64,000 bases of DNA from Candidatus Cloacimonadota bacterium (GCA_049903315.1 JBNGBT010000009.1:1-64000), one strand, 5' to 3'. Shown: positions 1-10,787, counted from the first letter of the stretch. Notes: a model not told the origin generated them from the letters alone. Program-made: numbers and translations.

Positions 1-190
1 AATAAAAATCTATAATATAAAAGGACAACTGATTCGAAATCTCCCCCTCACCTCTTCCCCTCTTCACTCCATCGAAGCAGTTTGGGATGGCAAGGATGAA
101 AATGGAAACGACGTAAGGAGCGGCGTGTATTTCTATAAGCTTGACACAAAGGACGGGACTTTCGTAAATAAATTAATATTACTTAAATAA
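1..190 (+). CDS. 3' end of a secreted protein with FlgD-Ig/T9SS-type-A-like C-terminal sorting domain (partial)
   Basis: Frame from base 2 reads IKIYNIKGQLIRNL...WDGKDENGNDVRSGVYFYKL...KLILLK, stop TAA 188-190; not in the ORF track. Confidence 0.85.
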   Translation, partial: IKIYNIKGQLIRNLPLTSSPLHSIEAVWDGKDENGNDVRSGVYFYKLDTKDGTFVNKLILLK

Positions 191-198
191 GGTGTTGT

Positions 199-1725
199 AT
201 GAAAAAATATTTTTTTGTGTTACTCGTTTTTTCTCTCCCGATTTTGCTCATGGCTCAGAATATCCGCTTGTGGGAAAATTTATGCACCTCGGCGCTGGTG
301 CCGAATAACGATATCGAGGTCAATGTGGACATCGATTCCATTGCCATTGATTCCTGTGCTACGCTGCTTTTCTACTCGACAGACGATCAGCAGAACTGGT
401 CCTATGAAGACATGCAGCCCCTCTACCTGCCCGGTTATATGAACACACTTTCAGACACATTACTGCTCCCGGGTTCTGGCTTCTTCCACTACGGATTGCA
501 GTCAAATATCCATGCATCGATAAGCGGCTATTATCTGAATGCCTATCTTTCCATGACACCCGAAAATTCATCTAATCTTTTCCCTGCACCTGACAATTAT
601 ATGATCGAATTGTGCCAGGAAGCGACCGGCGACCAGGTTGGAAGTTCATTTCTTGATCTCACAGAATTCTGGGGCTCCTACTCGGATGACAAATTCTATT
701 TCACGCTCAATAACAATAACACACAGTGGCCCCTTTACGAAACCTTCTCCTTTTTGCCGCCATGGTACGTGTATCTTGTAGGGCTTATCAATCCGGAAAC
801 CGTTGACTCGATCGGGTATGCACTGGTTTATGCAGCTATTCCTTCTTTTGCAGGTTTCCCGGGGGTACAGACCGGCTTATACAAAGGCGATATTACCGAT
901 TCTTCATATGCGCGGATCGGTGATATTCAATGGGAGAAATACAACGGTAAACTATACATGGCATGCAATATAGATGATCTCACTTCCGATCCTCAGTTCG
1001 GTCCCTGGCCTAACAGCTATGGATGCCTTGCCCTGGATGCACTCACTGCTACAATAAATATAAACCCTCTTTTTACGATCAATGATTCCACTCCTGCTGT
1101 TGTATTCTATCCTACACACGAAGAAAAAATTATTGGCTCAAATACTCCACCCCAACTTTCTGATCTCGTATTTAGTTCCGGCAGTGATTCAGTAACTTTC
1201 TCCATCACCTATACAGATACTGACAACAATCTTCCTACTGTGCATTCTCTTAAAGTGGATGAAAGATATGATTCAGAATTCGAGTTGATTCCGCAAGACC
1301 ACGCATATGAAACCGGTAGTGTGTTTTCTCTTACGCTTCCTTCATCGCAAATCACCTCCCATGCACAGGCAGTTTTCAATGATGGTGAATATGAAGTGCT
1401 ATCCAACCTCGTGTATATTACCGGTACTGATGAGCCTGTTTTGCAGGAATCTCCGATTGTTGTTTTTCCCAATCCCTTCCATTCATCAGCACACATATCC
1501 TTATCACCAAAATCCAATACCTCAGGAATACGTTGTGTTATTACAAATATCAAGGGGCAGGTCGTTGTTGAATCAATATGTGAACGCACAAGTAGCGGAG
1601 AATATTCTTTCAATTGGGATGGTAATGACAAAAATGCTCATACTGTGGCAAATGGAATTTATTTCTGCACCCTGATGAGTGAAAAGAGATACATAGATTC
1701 CCGAAAAATTCTTTTAATGAGATAA
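199..1725 (+). CDS. Secreted protein with C-terminal T9SS-like/FlgD-Ig sorting domain
   Basis: Signal peptide MKKYFFVLLVFSLPILLMA; C-terminal FPNPF...TNIKGQ...WDGND...NGIYF. Confidence 0.8.
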   Translation: MKKYFFVLLVFSLPILLMAQNIRLWENLCTSALVPNNDIEVNVDIDSIAIDSCATLLFYSTDDQQNWSYEDMQPLYLPGYMNTLSDTLLLPGSGFFHYGLQSNIHASISGYYLNAYLSMTPENSSNLFPAPDNYMIELCQEATGDQVGSSFLDLTEFWGSYSDDKFYFTLNNNNTQWPLYETFSFLPPWYVYLVGLINPETVDSIGYALVYAAIPSFAGFPGVQTGLYKGDITDSSYARIGDIQWEKYNGKLYMACNIDDLTSDPQFGPWPNSYGCLALDALTATININPLFTINDSTPAVVFYPTHEEKIIGSNTPPQLSDLVFSSGSDSVTFSITYTDTDNNLPTVHSLKVDERYDSEFELIPQDHAYETGSVFSLTLPSSQITSHAQAVFNDGEYEVLSNLVYITGTDEPVLQESPIVVFPNPFHSSAHISLSPKSNTSGIRCVITNIKGQVVVESICERTSSGEYSFNWDGNDKNAHTVANGIYFCTLMSEKRYIDSRKILLMR

Positions 1726-1764
1726 CAAAACTGAACCTTTCCGGATCTCTTTTTTCCCACAAAG

Positions 1765-1800
1765 GTACTTGTCACAAGTCATGGAGCTTGTGATAAGTAC
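1765..1800. repeat. 14-bp inverted repeat (hairpin; terminator- or REP-like)
   Basis: gtacttgtcacaag-N8-cttgtgataagtac, 13/14 Watson-Crick plus one G:T. Confidence 0.6.
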
Positions 1801-1869
1801 GACCATAAAAATTTTATATTGACACGAATTAGATAGGTTTTTTCATTAGACAACGTAACGAGGTGAAAA

Positions 1870-3039
1870 ATGAAGAAAATTTCTTTTTTATTGATTTCAT
1901 TTTTGCTAATAGCAACACTTTTATTTGGAACAGAAAAAACTTTCATCCGCGAGTATACCTATAAAGCAAGCGATTATGACAGCAAAGTAACCGCAAGAGC
2001 AAATTCTCTTGAACAAGTAAAGCGGTTGCTTTTGGAAGAAGTATCAGTCTTTATAAAGACCGAAACCGATTGGACAAATACTGAAGAGTTGATTAAAGGC
2101 AAATACGAGGTGAATGATTTTTTTGAAAAGAAAATAACTTCGATTACTGCTGGGATTACCGAGACAATAATATTGGATGAAAATTGGACTGGTATTGATT
2201 ACTGGATTAAAGCAGAAATAACACTTGATCCAAATGACATAAACAATAAAATTGTAACTATTATACAAAATAAAGAAAAATTGAAGGAACTTGAAGATGT
2301 AAAGAAAAGAGCAGATGATGCACTGAAGGAGATTGAGAGATTAAAAAAAGAGTTGGCAGAAGCGAAATCTTTTGAAAAGCAATTAGAATTAACCACAGAA
2401 TATATAGCGGAAGTTGATGTTCTTAGTGCTACTGATTGGTATCAAAGAGGTAAAAATGCTTATATGAATGGTGAACTTGAGAATGCGAAAGAATATTTTC
2501 GTAAAGCAATTGAAATAGATCCAGTTTACTCTGATTCATACAACGGCATTGGGCTTCTGTATTATCAAAATGAGAACTACGATAAAGCTATAGAATATTA
2601 TAAGAAGGCTGTTGAGATAAATCCAGAACATGAAAAAGCGTACGGCAATATGGGACTTGCTTTTCACATTATGGGAAATTTTGACAAAGCAATAGAATGT
2701 TATCAGAAAGCAATTGAAATCAATCCAGATCTTGCAATCGCATACAGCAATATAGGAGCTGTATATCATGATAAATTGAGCTATGACAAATGTATAGAAT
2801 GCTATCAGAAAGCCATTAAGATTGATCCAGATTGTGCAAATGCATATTACAATTTAGGTATTGCTTGCCATGAAAAGGGCGGAGATATTTCAGCGGCAGA
2901 TAGTTTTTATCAAGCCGGCTTGTTATATCTTAAGCAAAACAATAGTAAAAGATTTCTTATAACTATAGATGCAATGAAAAAAGTGATACCAGATTCTCCT
3001 CTAATTCAAAAACTTATGGATAAGCTATATGAGAAATAA
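1870..3039 (+). CDS. Exported tetratricopeptide-repeat protein
   Basis: Signal peptide, coiled coil, about 5 TPRs (e.g. AYGNMGLAFHIMGNFDKAIECYQKAIEINPD); RBS gaggtg. Confidence 0.85.
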   Translation: MKKISFLLISFLLIATLLFGTEKTFIREYTYKASDYDSKVTARANSLEQVKRLLLEEVSVFIKTETDWTNTEELIKGKYEVNDFFEKKITSITAGITETIILDENWTGIDYWIKAEITLDPNDINNKIVTIIQNKEKLKELEDVKKRADDALKEIERLKKELAEAKSFEKQLELTTEYIAEVDVLSATDWYQRGKNAYMNGELENAKEYFRKAIEIDPVYSDSYNGIGLLYYQNENYDKAIEYYKKAVEINPEHEKAYGNMGLAFHIMGNFDKAIECYQKAIEINPDLAIAYSNIGAVYHDKLSYDKCIECYQKAIKIDPDCANAYYNLGIACHEKGGDISAADSFYQAGLLYLKQNNSKRFLITIDAMKKVIPDSPLIQKLMDKLYEK

Positions 3040-3331
3040 CTATATTAATTTACTTTAGGTTGAAGATATATGTTATGTTTAATCAGAATGATTTAATTTT
3101 ATCCTGGCGGTGGATGAAGAGATAATTCGAATTTCAAGTTCGATAGCTCCAATGTTTTATTGTGAGAATTAGACAAAAGAGTCATGGAAAAAGATAATGA
3201 GATTTATATGTTGATTAGGAACCGAGATAATAAAAGCGATTGTGATGTTAATTTTACGGTATGCCAAGAAAAAGATTGGTTGCATGATTACAAAAAAACA
3301 AAAAAAATAAATATAGACTTAGGAGTGTGAA

Positions 3332-4153
3332 GTGGATAGTCGGATTAAAATCATCGAACAACTTATTGAAAGCGGTAAAGATTTTACATTCAAGAATTTC
3401 TGTTATAATCACAATCTTGGTTCTACGGTTGGGGGAGAAGATAGAGCTGAATGGTTAACATGGAAGACAAGAATAAAAAAAATTGTTCATCAGTATATGA
3501 ATGATAACACATCCGCGTATAGCCTTGTAGATAAGGCATTTGAGATTCGCACTATAGCCACAGAATCAGACCAGTTCGATCGTGCAAAATCTACTTTTTT
3601 ACAAGCTCTCAATCTTACACTTGAAGCACTTAAAAAAGATAGTTACGGTGAACTTAAGGAAACTAAAGCTACAGCAAAATTACTTAAACCCTCAAATAAA
3701 GTATTCGTTGTACATGGACATGATCAAGCACTTAAGACAGACATTGAACGATTCCTCCAAGAAATTGGTCTTAAACCGATTATTTTGCATAGACAGCCAG
3801 ACCAAGGCCAGACTATTATTGAAAAATTTGAATCTAATAGTAATGATGTAGGCTATGCTTTCATTTTGTTGACCCCAGATGATATTGCTTATACGATAGA
3901 TCAAGAAAAAAAAGGAGATACGGAACGAAAAAAGGAAAAACGTGCTCGTCAAAATGTTATTTTTGAATTTGGTTATTTTGTTGGAAAGCTTGGGCGGAAA
4001 GGTGTTTGTTGTCTTTACAAAGGAGATGTTGTGTGGCCAAGTGATCTTCATGGGTTGATATATAAGCCCATTACTGACTCACTTGATTCACAAGCCTATT
4101 CTATCATAAAAGAATTACGAGCTGCGGGTTATTCGATTACATATGATAACTAA
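3332..4153 (+). CDS. TIR-like nucleotide-binding protein (PF10137 / Cap12-Pycsar TIR type) with N-terminal helical domain
   Basis: KVFVVHGHD, IILHRQ...TIIEKFE, AFILLTPDD, RARQNVIFEFGYF, PSDLHG motifs; GTG start with aggag RBS. Confidence 0.85.
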   Translation: MDSRIKIIEQLIESGKDFTFKNFCYNHNLGSTVGGEDRAEWLTWKTRIKKIVHQYMNDNTSAYSLVDKAFEIRTIATESDQFDRAKSTFLQALNLTLEALKKDSYGELKETKATAKLLKPSNKVFVVHGHDQALKTDIERFLQEIGLKPIILHRQPDQGQTIIEKFESNSNDVGYAFILLTPDDIAYTIDQEKKGDTERKKEKRARQNVIFEFGYFVGKLGRKGVCCLYKGDVVWPSDLHGLIYKPITDSLDSQAYSIIKELRAAGYSITYDN

Positions 4154-4311
4154 AAGTACTTATAGTTATATGTTACAACAATTTGCTTATTTGTAACCAA
4201 CATGTATTGATCTTAACCTACTCATAAATCTTTAGACATTAGAAATTTGTTAAGTGAAATTTCTTATATAATCGCTTCTTCCGTGTCCTTATCAAAGAAC
4301 CAAAATCTTGC

Positions 4312-6048
4312 TTATTGAATTTCTAATCTATACGGCACCCGCAACTGTACCGGTTCGTTTTGAACATCTCTTATCAACTCCAGGGTTTTGGAAATATTAT
4401 CTGTGAGGGGATTACTGTTCATTTTCCCGTACAATTTCAATAATGTTCCGGCAGAAATCGAAATGTCTCTACTCAGGATAATATCCATCAGCGTCTTCTT
4501 CTCAGGCATTATAAGCACAGAAAAATCATCTATCTCAGCTAACTCAGCAGCTTTTATGATTGCTTGATCCATTCCACCTAGTTCATCAACAAGCCCATTC
4601 TCCACCGCTTGCACGCCTGTCCATATCTTGCCTTGCGCAATCTCTTCAACCTCAGTCAGGGGAAGATGCCTTCCGCGTGCGACGAGGTCTTTGAACTCAA
4701 CATAAATTCCATGCATGTCTTTCTGCAATGCCGAAATATCTTGTGCAGAGGGTGCAAAGTTCAGCGAAAAGAAATTTGCATACTTCCCTCGCTGTATCTG
4801 GAAAGTATTCACCTCAGCCCACTCGCGCAGTTGCTGCCAATTCGGTATCATGCTGACCACACCGATGGAACCTGTGATCGTATTGGGTTGTGCAAAAATA
4901 TAATCTGCAAGACTGGAAATCCAGTATCCGCCCGATGCAGCAACACTTCCCATTGAGATCACAATGGGGATTTTCTCGTTTAATTCTTCCAGCTTATTCA
5001 AAATAATATCGGAAATCAGGGCGCTGCCCCCGCCGCTATCCACGCGGAGCACAAGCCCTTTGACGGAATTCATTTTCTCTATTCGGTCGAGCAATCTTAA
5101 TATTTTTTTTGTAATCTTCCTGTAATTACTTTCCAGCACTCCAGCTTCTGTAAAAGTAATTCCGCCCTGCGCATACACAACGGCAATCTTATTATACGCA
5201 AATTTTCTTTTGTGCGGCTCGTAGAGACCGAATTTCAGAACATAATCATCCTTCACTACCATTGCATCGAAATCCTGTTCATTACTAAGATGATCAACAA
5301 GTCCCATTTCTAATGCCTGATTTCCTGAAAGAAAATACTCGTCCCTTTCATCAAAAATTGCAGTAATGTCTTCGTTGGTTAAATTCCTGCTTATTTGCAG
5401 GTCGGCAATATACACATCATAAAGCCCGTCAACGATACGAACAAGGTCTTCCTCTAGCTCAGGAGACATTGTTTTCCGGTCGTACATCTCGCCTGTTCCC
5501 TTATATTTGCCTGCATGGAGCACCGTCATTTCAACACCGATCTTCTCCAGTAGACCCTCATAGTAACTCACTTCAAGACCAATACCACTTAGCACAATGC
5601 CGGCAGTGGAGCTTGGATTGAAATAGATATCTTCTGCTGTCGAAGCGAGATAATAGCCCTTGTCATACGTGAAATCGATGTAAGCAAAAAGTGATTTACC
5701 ACTTTCCTTGAACTCGAGGAGTTTGTCGTGAAGCTCTTTTGTCAGCGCCCATCCGCCCATATACATTCCGGGTTTTATGATGATGCCCTTTATCCGCGTG
5801 TCCGCCATCGCCGCTTCGATCTTTCGACATATATCCCCGATAGACATTGATTCCTGTATGAAGAAAATATCTTGATATTCATTATAATCATAGTGAAGCC
5901 CATCAAGCGAAAGTTCCAGATAGGTATTTTCATGGATTCTCACCTTTGGTTTTGACGGTAAAGAGTTCGCAAGGATAATGATGAGCAGCACCATCAGCAT
6001 GCCGATCACTGCAAAAATCCATAGTATGACTTTCCAGACCGTTTTCAT
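4312..6048 (-). CDS. sppA: Signal peptide peptidase SppA (67K type)
   Basis: N-terminal TM, GKYKG, RVDSGGGSA, AASGGYW, TGSIGV, AQGKIWTG..A..GLVD. Confidence 0.95.
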   Translation of the reverse strand: MKTVWKVILWIFAVIGMLMVLLIIILANSLPSKPKVRIHENTYLELSLDGLHYDYNEYQDIFFIQESMSIGDICRKIEAAMADTRIKGIIIKPGMYMGGWALTKELHDKLLEFKESGKSLFAYIDFTYDKGYYLASTAEDIYFNPSSTAGIVLSGIGLEVSYYEGLLEKIGVEMTVLHAGKYKGTGEMYDRKTMSPELEEDLVRIVDGLYDVYIADLQISRNLTNEDITAIFDERDEYFLSGNQALEMGLVDHLSNEQDFDAMVVKDDYVLKFGLYEPHKRKFAYNKIAVVYAQGGITFTEAGVLESNYRKITKKILRLLDRIEKMNSVKGLVLRVDSGGGSALISDIILNKLEELNEKIPIVISMGSVAASGGYWISSLADYIFAQPNTITGSIGVVSMIPNWQQLREWAEVNTFQIQRGKYANFFSLNFAPSAQDISALQKDMHGIYVEFKDLVARGRHLPLTEVEEIAQGKIWTGVQAVENGLVDELGGMDQAIIKAAELAEIDDFSVLIMPEKKTLMDIILSRDISISAGTLLKLYGKMNSNPLTDNISKTLELIRDVQNEPVQLRVPYRLEIQ

Positions 6049-6049
6049 A

Positions 6050-6841
6050 TTATGCTCCTTTTTCCATAGTTTCTAATGTATTGGAAAGCTCCACAAATTC
6101 CTGAATTGATAACTCTTCAGGTCTCCGTGTAAGATCTATAGATGATTCTGATAACAATTGGTATTCTTTATTCGTTAGAAATGATTTCAAGCTCACGCGC
6201 AGCATCTTTCTTCTATGATTAAAAACAGCATCGAGAAGAGACCACAATTGCACTTGATCGAGAATATTAGGAACATCTTTCCTTGGTAAAAGCTGGACTA
6301 CTGCCGATCGTACTTTCGGTTGAGGGCGAAATACGTGCGGCGGGACAATAAACTTCTTTTGTATCTTAAAATAGAGCTGCAGTTTGACGCTGAGAATTCC
6401 ATAATCTTTATTCCTTGGTGACGCACAAAGCCGGTCAGCAACTTCATCCTGTATCATGACCGTGATGCTCGAGAAAAGTTCTTTATGAGCAAGAATTTTA
6501 AACAGTACCGGTGAAGTGATCTGGTAGGGCAGGTTAGCAACGATCTTTACTTTCTCGCCTTGAAAATAATCTCTGAAATCTACAACAAGGATATCAGCAT
6601 TCACAAGGATAAGGCTTGTATTCTCATATTGTGATTGAAGAAAGCCGAACCATTCATTATCGATCTCGAATGCATATAATTGCTTGCATTTTGGGATAAG
6701 TATCTTAGTAAGAACACCGCTGCCCGGTCCTATTTCCCATACAATATCACTTTTCTGAACATCGGCAGTTCGGACAATTTTGCGTGCAATATTTTCATCG
6801 ATGAGAAAATTTTGTCCGAGTGATTTCTTTTTTAGTATCAC
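6050..6841 (-). CDS. rsmA: 16S rRNA m6,2A dimethyltransferase
   Basis: KKSLGQNFL, EIGPGSG, VANLPYQI, F.PQPKVRSAV. Confidence 0.97.
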   Translation of the reverse strand: MILKKKSLGQNFLIDENIARKIVRTADVQKSDIVWEIGPGSGVLTKILIPKCKQLYAFEIDNEWFGFLQSQYENTSLILVNADILVVDFRDYFQGEKVKIVANLPYQITSPVLFKILAHKELFSSITVMIQDEVADRLCASPRNKDYGILSVKLQLYFKIQKKFIVPPHVFRPQPKVRSAVVQLLPRKDVPNILDQVQLWSLLDAVFNHRRKMLRVSLKSFLTNKEYQLLSESSIDLTRRPEELSIQEFVELSNTLETMEKGA

Positions 6842-6842
6842 A

Positions 6843-9326
6843 CTAATCTTTTATGACAATATTCACTAATTTCTTAGGAATTATAATTACTTTTATAATC
6901 TTTTTTCCTTCAGTATATTTCAACACCTTTTCGTCAGCAAGTGCTATTTTTTCAACGTCCTCTTTTGCAGTATCAAGCCCTACAACGATTTTGCTCCGCA
7001 ATTTCCCGTTGATCTGTATCACATACGTTGTCTGTTCTTGAATAAGATATTTTTTATTATAAATTATCCAGGATGAATCCAGAATGGAGTCGTTGTTACC
7101 CAGCATTGCCCAAATCTCTTCTGACAGGTGCGGGGCAAAGGGTTGAAGTAGTTTCGGCAGCGCTGCAATCGCCTCATAATAGACTGCCTGCACAATCGTT
7201 TCACTGTTTTCATCGCACTGGAATGCAGATATATTATTCAGGTGCTCCATGATCGCGGCAATTGCCGTATTGAACTGCATTCTTTCGTGAATATCCTCTG
7301 TCACTTTTTTGATGGTGAAGTGAGTGCTATAGCGCAAGTCTTTTGCATAAGAAGACATCTCCGTATCTTCTTCGTAACTGAGAGGAAGGCTTTTCAGGAA
7401 AGTTTGCTTTTCTGAAAAGAGCACCCAGATCCGGTTCAGAAAACGGAATGCACCTTTCACTCCCTCATCGTTCCACTCGACATCCTTTTCCGGCGGAGAT
7501 GCAAACAGCATGAAAACCCGCAGTGTATCAGAGCCAAATCTGTCTATATATTCTTGTGGGTCAACTGTGTTTCCTTTTGATTTGGACATCTTCGCGCCGT
7601 CTTTTGTGACCATGCCCTGAGTAAGCAGGTTTGTGAAAGGTTCGTCAGTGGAGACCATCCCGATATCTCTCATAAATTTATGGAAGAAGCGTGCATAAAG
7701 AAGATGCATACAGGCGTGCTCTATACCACCTATGTACTGGTCGACAGGCAGCCAATAATTTGCCTTTCCCTTTTCAAAGGGCACATCATTATTATTCGCG
7801 TCACAGAATCGGGCATAATACCAGGATGAATCAAAAAATGTGTCCATCGTGTCTGTTTCACGGATTGCTGGTCCCCCGCATTTCGGACAGCTTGTATTCA
7901 GGAACTCGGGTACGGACAGGAGTGGGTTTTTGCGGGTTTTCCCAACTGCTACATTTTTCGGAAGCCGCACAGGAAGATCTTCTTCAGGAACTGGAACTGC
8001 ACCACATTCATCACAATAAACAATCGGTATGGGAGTTCCCCAGTAACGCTGACGGGAAATTCCCCAGTCTCTCAAGCGATAATTTACCGTTTTGTATCCA
8101 TATCCTTTTTCTTCCATCCATTCTGTGATTTTCTCTATCGCTTTGCGGTTTTTCATATCATCAAATGGATTTGAATTCACAAGAATACCTTCGTCAACAT
8201 ACGCTTCTTTCATCGAGTTCAGTTCGAGAGTTTTTTCAGGATTTTGTATCACGATGCGGATCGGCAGTTCATATTTATGTGCAAATTCAAAATCACGCTG
8301 ATCGTGAGCAGGCACACACATCACTGCGCCGGTTCCATAATCCATGACCACATAGTTTCCTATCCAGATGGGAATCTTCTCACCATTGACGGGATTGATC
8401 GCATATTTTCCCGAGAACATTCCAATTTTTTCCGTATCTTCTGCAGTGCGTTCGATTTTGTCTTCATTGATGATCTTTTCAATAAATTTTTTAATTTCGA
8501 TTGCTCGAGGATTATCAATTAAAAATGTTTCGACAAGAGGATGTTCCGCAGCCAGAACCATATAGGTACAGCCGAATATTGTGTCCGGACGCGTAGTAAA
8601 GACAGGAATTTCTGTGTTATCTTTTTCCATTTTGAAAATGATCTGCGTGCCGTAGCTTTTTCCGATCCAGTTCTTCTGCATAGTGATGACGCGCTGAGGC
8701 CAGTTATTCAACTTCGAGTGATCCAGAAGCTCTTCTGCATAATCCGTTATCTTAATAAACCATTGCTCTATCTCTTTCTGCTCGACTTTAGAGTCGCATC
8801 GCCAGCAGATACCTCCTTCTGCTTGTTCATTTGCCAATACAGTCTGGCAACTTGGGCACCAATTCACATAAGAGGATTTCTTATACACAAGCCCCATCTC
8901 GTACATTTTCAAGAAAAACCACTGATTCCACCTGTAATAATCAGCATCGCAGGTGATCACCTCCCGATCCCAATCATAGCCAAAGCCGACCATTTTGAAC
9001 TGAGAGCGCATTTTATCTATGTTCTCATGAGTGGTTATTTCAGGATGAGAATGGTGCTCGATCGCACAATTCTCTGCAGGCATACCAAAACTGTCATAGC
9101 CCATTGGCTGGAGCACTTTATATCCATTCATTATCTTATAACGTGCGATGGCATCAGCAATTGAGTAATTAGACACATGCCCCATATGAAGCACTCCTGA
9201 AGGATATGGGAACATTGATAAGAGATAAAACTTCTCTCGCGGATCGTCCATATCAACATAAAAGGTACGATTCTTTTCCCAAATCTTTTGCCACTTTGCT
9301 TCGATTTCTCTAAATGGATATTCCAT
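6843..9326 (-). CDS. leuS: Leucine--tRNA ligase
   Basis: MFPYPSG-LHMGH, FTTRPDT, KMSKS; start reassigned to ATG at 9326 (MEYPF) with aggag RBS. Confidence 0.98.
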   Translation of the reverse strand: MEYPFREIEAKWQKIWEKNRTFYVDMDDPREKFYLLSMFPYPSGVLHMGHVSNYSIADAIARYKIMNGYKVLQPMGYDSFGMPAENCAIEHHSHPEITTHENIDKMRSQFKMVGFGYDWDREVITCDADYYRWNQWFFLKMYEMGLVYKKSSYVNWCPSCQTVLANEQAEGGICWRCDSKVEQKEIEQWFIKITDYAEELLDHSKLNNWPQRVITMQKNWIGKSYGTQIIFKMEKDNTEIPVFTTRPDTIFGCTYMVLAAEHPLVETFLIDNPRAIEIKKFIEKIINEDKIERTAEDTEKIGMFSGKYAINPVNGEKIPIWIGNYVVMDYGTGAVMCVPAHDQRDFEFAHKYELPIRIVIQNPEKTLELNSMKEAYVDEGILVNSNPFDDMKNRKAIEKITEWMEEKGYGYKTVNYRLRDWGISRQRYWGTPIPIVYCDECGAVPVPEEDLPVRLPKNVAVGKTRKNPLLSVPEFLNTSCPKCGGPAIRETDTMDTFFDSSWYYARFCDANNNDVPFEKGKANYWLPVDQYIGGIEHACMHLLYARFFHKFMRDIGMVSTDEPFTNLLTQGMVTKDGAKMSKSKGNTVDPQEYIDRFGSDTLRVFMLFASPPEKDVEWNDEGVKGAFRFLNRIWVLFSEKQTFLKSLPLSYEEDTEMSSYAKDLRYSTHFTIKKVTEDIHERMQFNTAIAAIMEHLNNISAFQCDENSETIVQAVYYEAIAALPKLLQPFAPHLSEEIWAMLGNNDSILDSSWIIYNKKYLIQEQTTYVIQINGKLRSKIVVGLDTAKEDVEKIALADEKVLKYTEGKKIIKVIIIPKKLVNIVIKD

Positions 9327-9466
9327 AGAAGCTCCTAAAAAACAATTTATGTGTATGTTGGTTTGCGAAGTATAGTAAATTTCGTCAACATTTTTCATTT
9401 TGAAATATATCTTCGATACTATCTAAAAAATTTGACAGTAAATCATAATTCACAATAAAAGAAAGT

Positions 9467-10225
9467 ATGAAATGGTTATATGCAATTCTTATATTTATAA
9501 TTGTCGGTATAGCATATGGGTGCAGTTATGACAAAGCCGAGAATGATGACATCATTCCTCCTTCCAAAGTAACGATGACACCCCATAAATGCGATCCCGG
9601 TGATCCGGGGTGCGCTTATACGGATAGGAATAATGGCATCGATGCTTATCCTGCAGGGAGTCTCAATTATAATTGGATGAAGATCCAGTGGGATGACACC
9701 CCCCTGCAAAAGGATGGTGATATCCATCATATCGAGGTTTGGCGATTTAATGAATACGGAGACACGGCTTTTGTCGAGCAGATCCCTTTTATTCCGGACT
9801 CTTCAACATATTATGATAAATTTATAGGATATGAAAAGCCCGTCATACAGAAAACCTGGTCCTACTTTATAATTCCTTTTGACGAGGTAGGAAACTCAAC
9901 AAATTCCGATACGGTTTCCTACAGACTTATTGAAGTGCCCGGCTTGCAGGCTCCGGCAAACAACGGCACCTTTTCTGTGAATGAGTCAATAGATTTTTCA
10001 TGGGACGGATTGGGATATACTTATAGAATACTCTTTTATGACACAACACATAGTCTTGTATATTCAAAAAATTTAACTGTTGGTGACACAAGTTTTAATC
10101 TTTCCGAAATTGATTTTGTTCCCATTCCCGGCTACAGCTACATCTGGAGGATTGACGCTTTCTTCATTGTAGGAGAAGCTGTCGGCTCGGAATCAGAAGA
10201 GCGGATAATCAACTTTACTCGATAA
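9467..10225 (+). CDS. Hypothetical lipoprotein, beta-rich (Fn3/Ig-like)
   Basis: Lipobox IAYGC; WSYFIIPFDEVGNS and YIWRIDA Fn3-like strands. Confidence 0.65.
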   Translation: MKWLYAILIFIIVGIAYGCSYDKAENDDIIPPSKVTMTPHKCDPGDPGCAYTDRNNGIDAYPAGSLNYNWMKIQWDDTPLQKDGDIHHIEVWRFNEYGDTAFVEQIPFIPDSSTYYDKFIGYEKPVIQKTWSYFIIPFDEVGNSTNSDTVSYRLIEVPGLQAPANNGTFSVNESIDFSWDGLGYTYRILFYDTTHSLVYSKNLTVGDTSFNLSEIDFVPIPGYSYIWRIDAFFIVGEAVGSESEERIINFTR

Positions 10226-10286
10226 ATAAATTGACGGAAAATTATCAATTGAAAATTTACACCCACACTAGTAAAGGGAGTTCAGT

Positions 10287-10787
10287 ATGAAACACCTTTT
10301 TGTAATAATAATTAGTTTTATAGTACTTAGTACTGCCTGTTTCGCACAGGATAGTCCTTCGATAACTTCACCGACGGGAAATTCGGCATATTCTTATTCC
10401 GGCACAATGGGTGATGAAGAACAGCTGCGCATTTACACCCAGATATGGGGACAGGTTCGCAAACCGGGGTTCTATCTTGTTCCCGACGACACCGATCTGC
10501 TTACTCTTTTATCGCTTGCCGGGGGTCCCACCGAAGACGCAAAATTGTCAAAAATCAGGATAGTTCGTCCCAGTGAAGAAACGGGACAGGGTGAAGTAAT
10601 TTGGGTTAATGTAAAAAAATATCTTGATACAGGTAATTTTGGCATAATTCCTGTGCTTAAGCCGGGTGATACTGTAGTTGTATCGGGGACTGTTTTCTAT
10701 GGAATGGAGCGTGTCGCAGATTTCCTCGCTAAATTTGCAACCGTATTGAGTATTTATAACTTGTATTTAACAATTCAAAACAAATAG
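10287..10787 (+). CDS. SLBB-domain polysaccharide export protein (short Wza-like)
   Basis: IWGQVRKPGFY...LLSLAGGPTEDAKLSKIRIVR...LKPGDTVVV; directly upstream of wzc. Confidence 0.8.
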   Translation: MKHLFVIIISFIVLSTACFAQDSPSITSPTGNSAYSYSGTMGDEEQLRIYTQIWGQVRKPGFYLVPDDTDLLTLLSLAGGPTEDAKLSKIRIVRPSEETGQGEVIWVNVKKYLDTGNFGIIPVLKPGDTVVVSGTVFYGMERVADFLAKFATVLSIYNLYLTIQNK

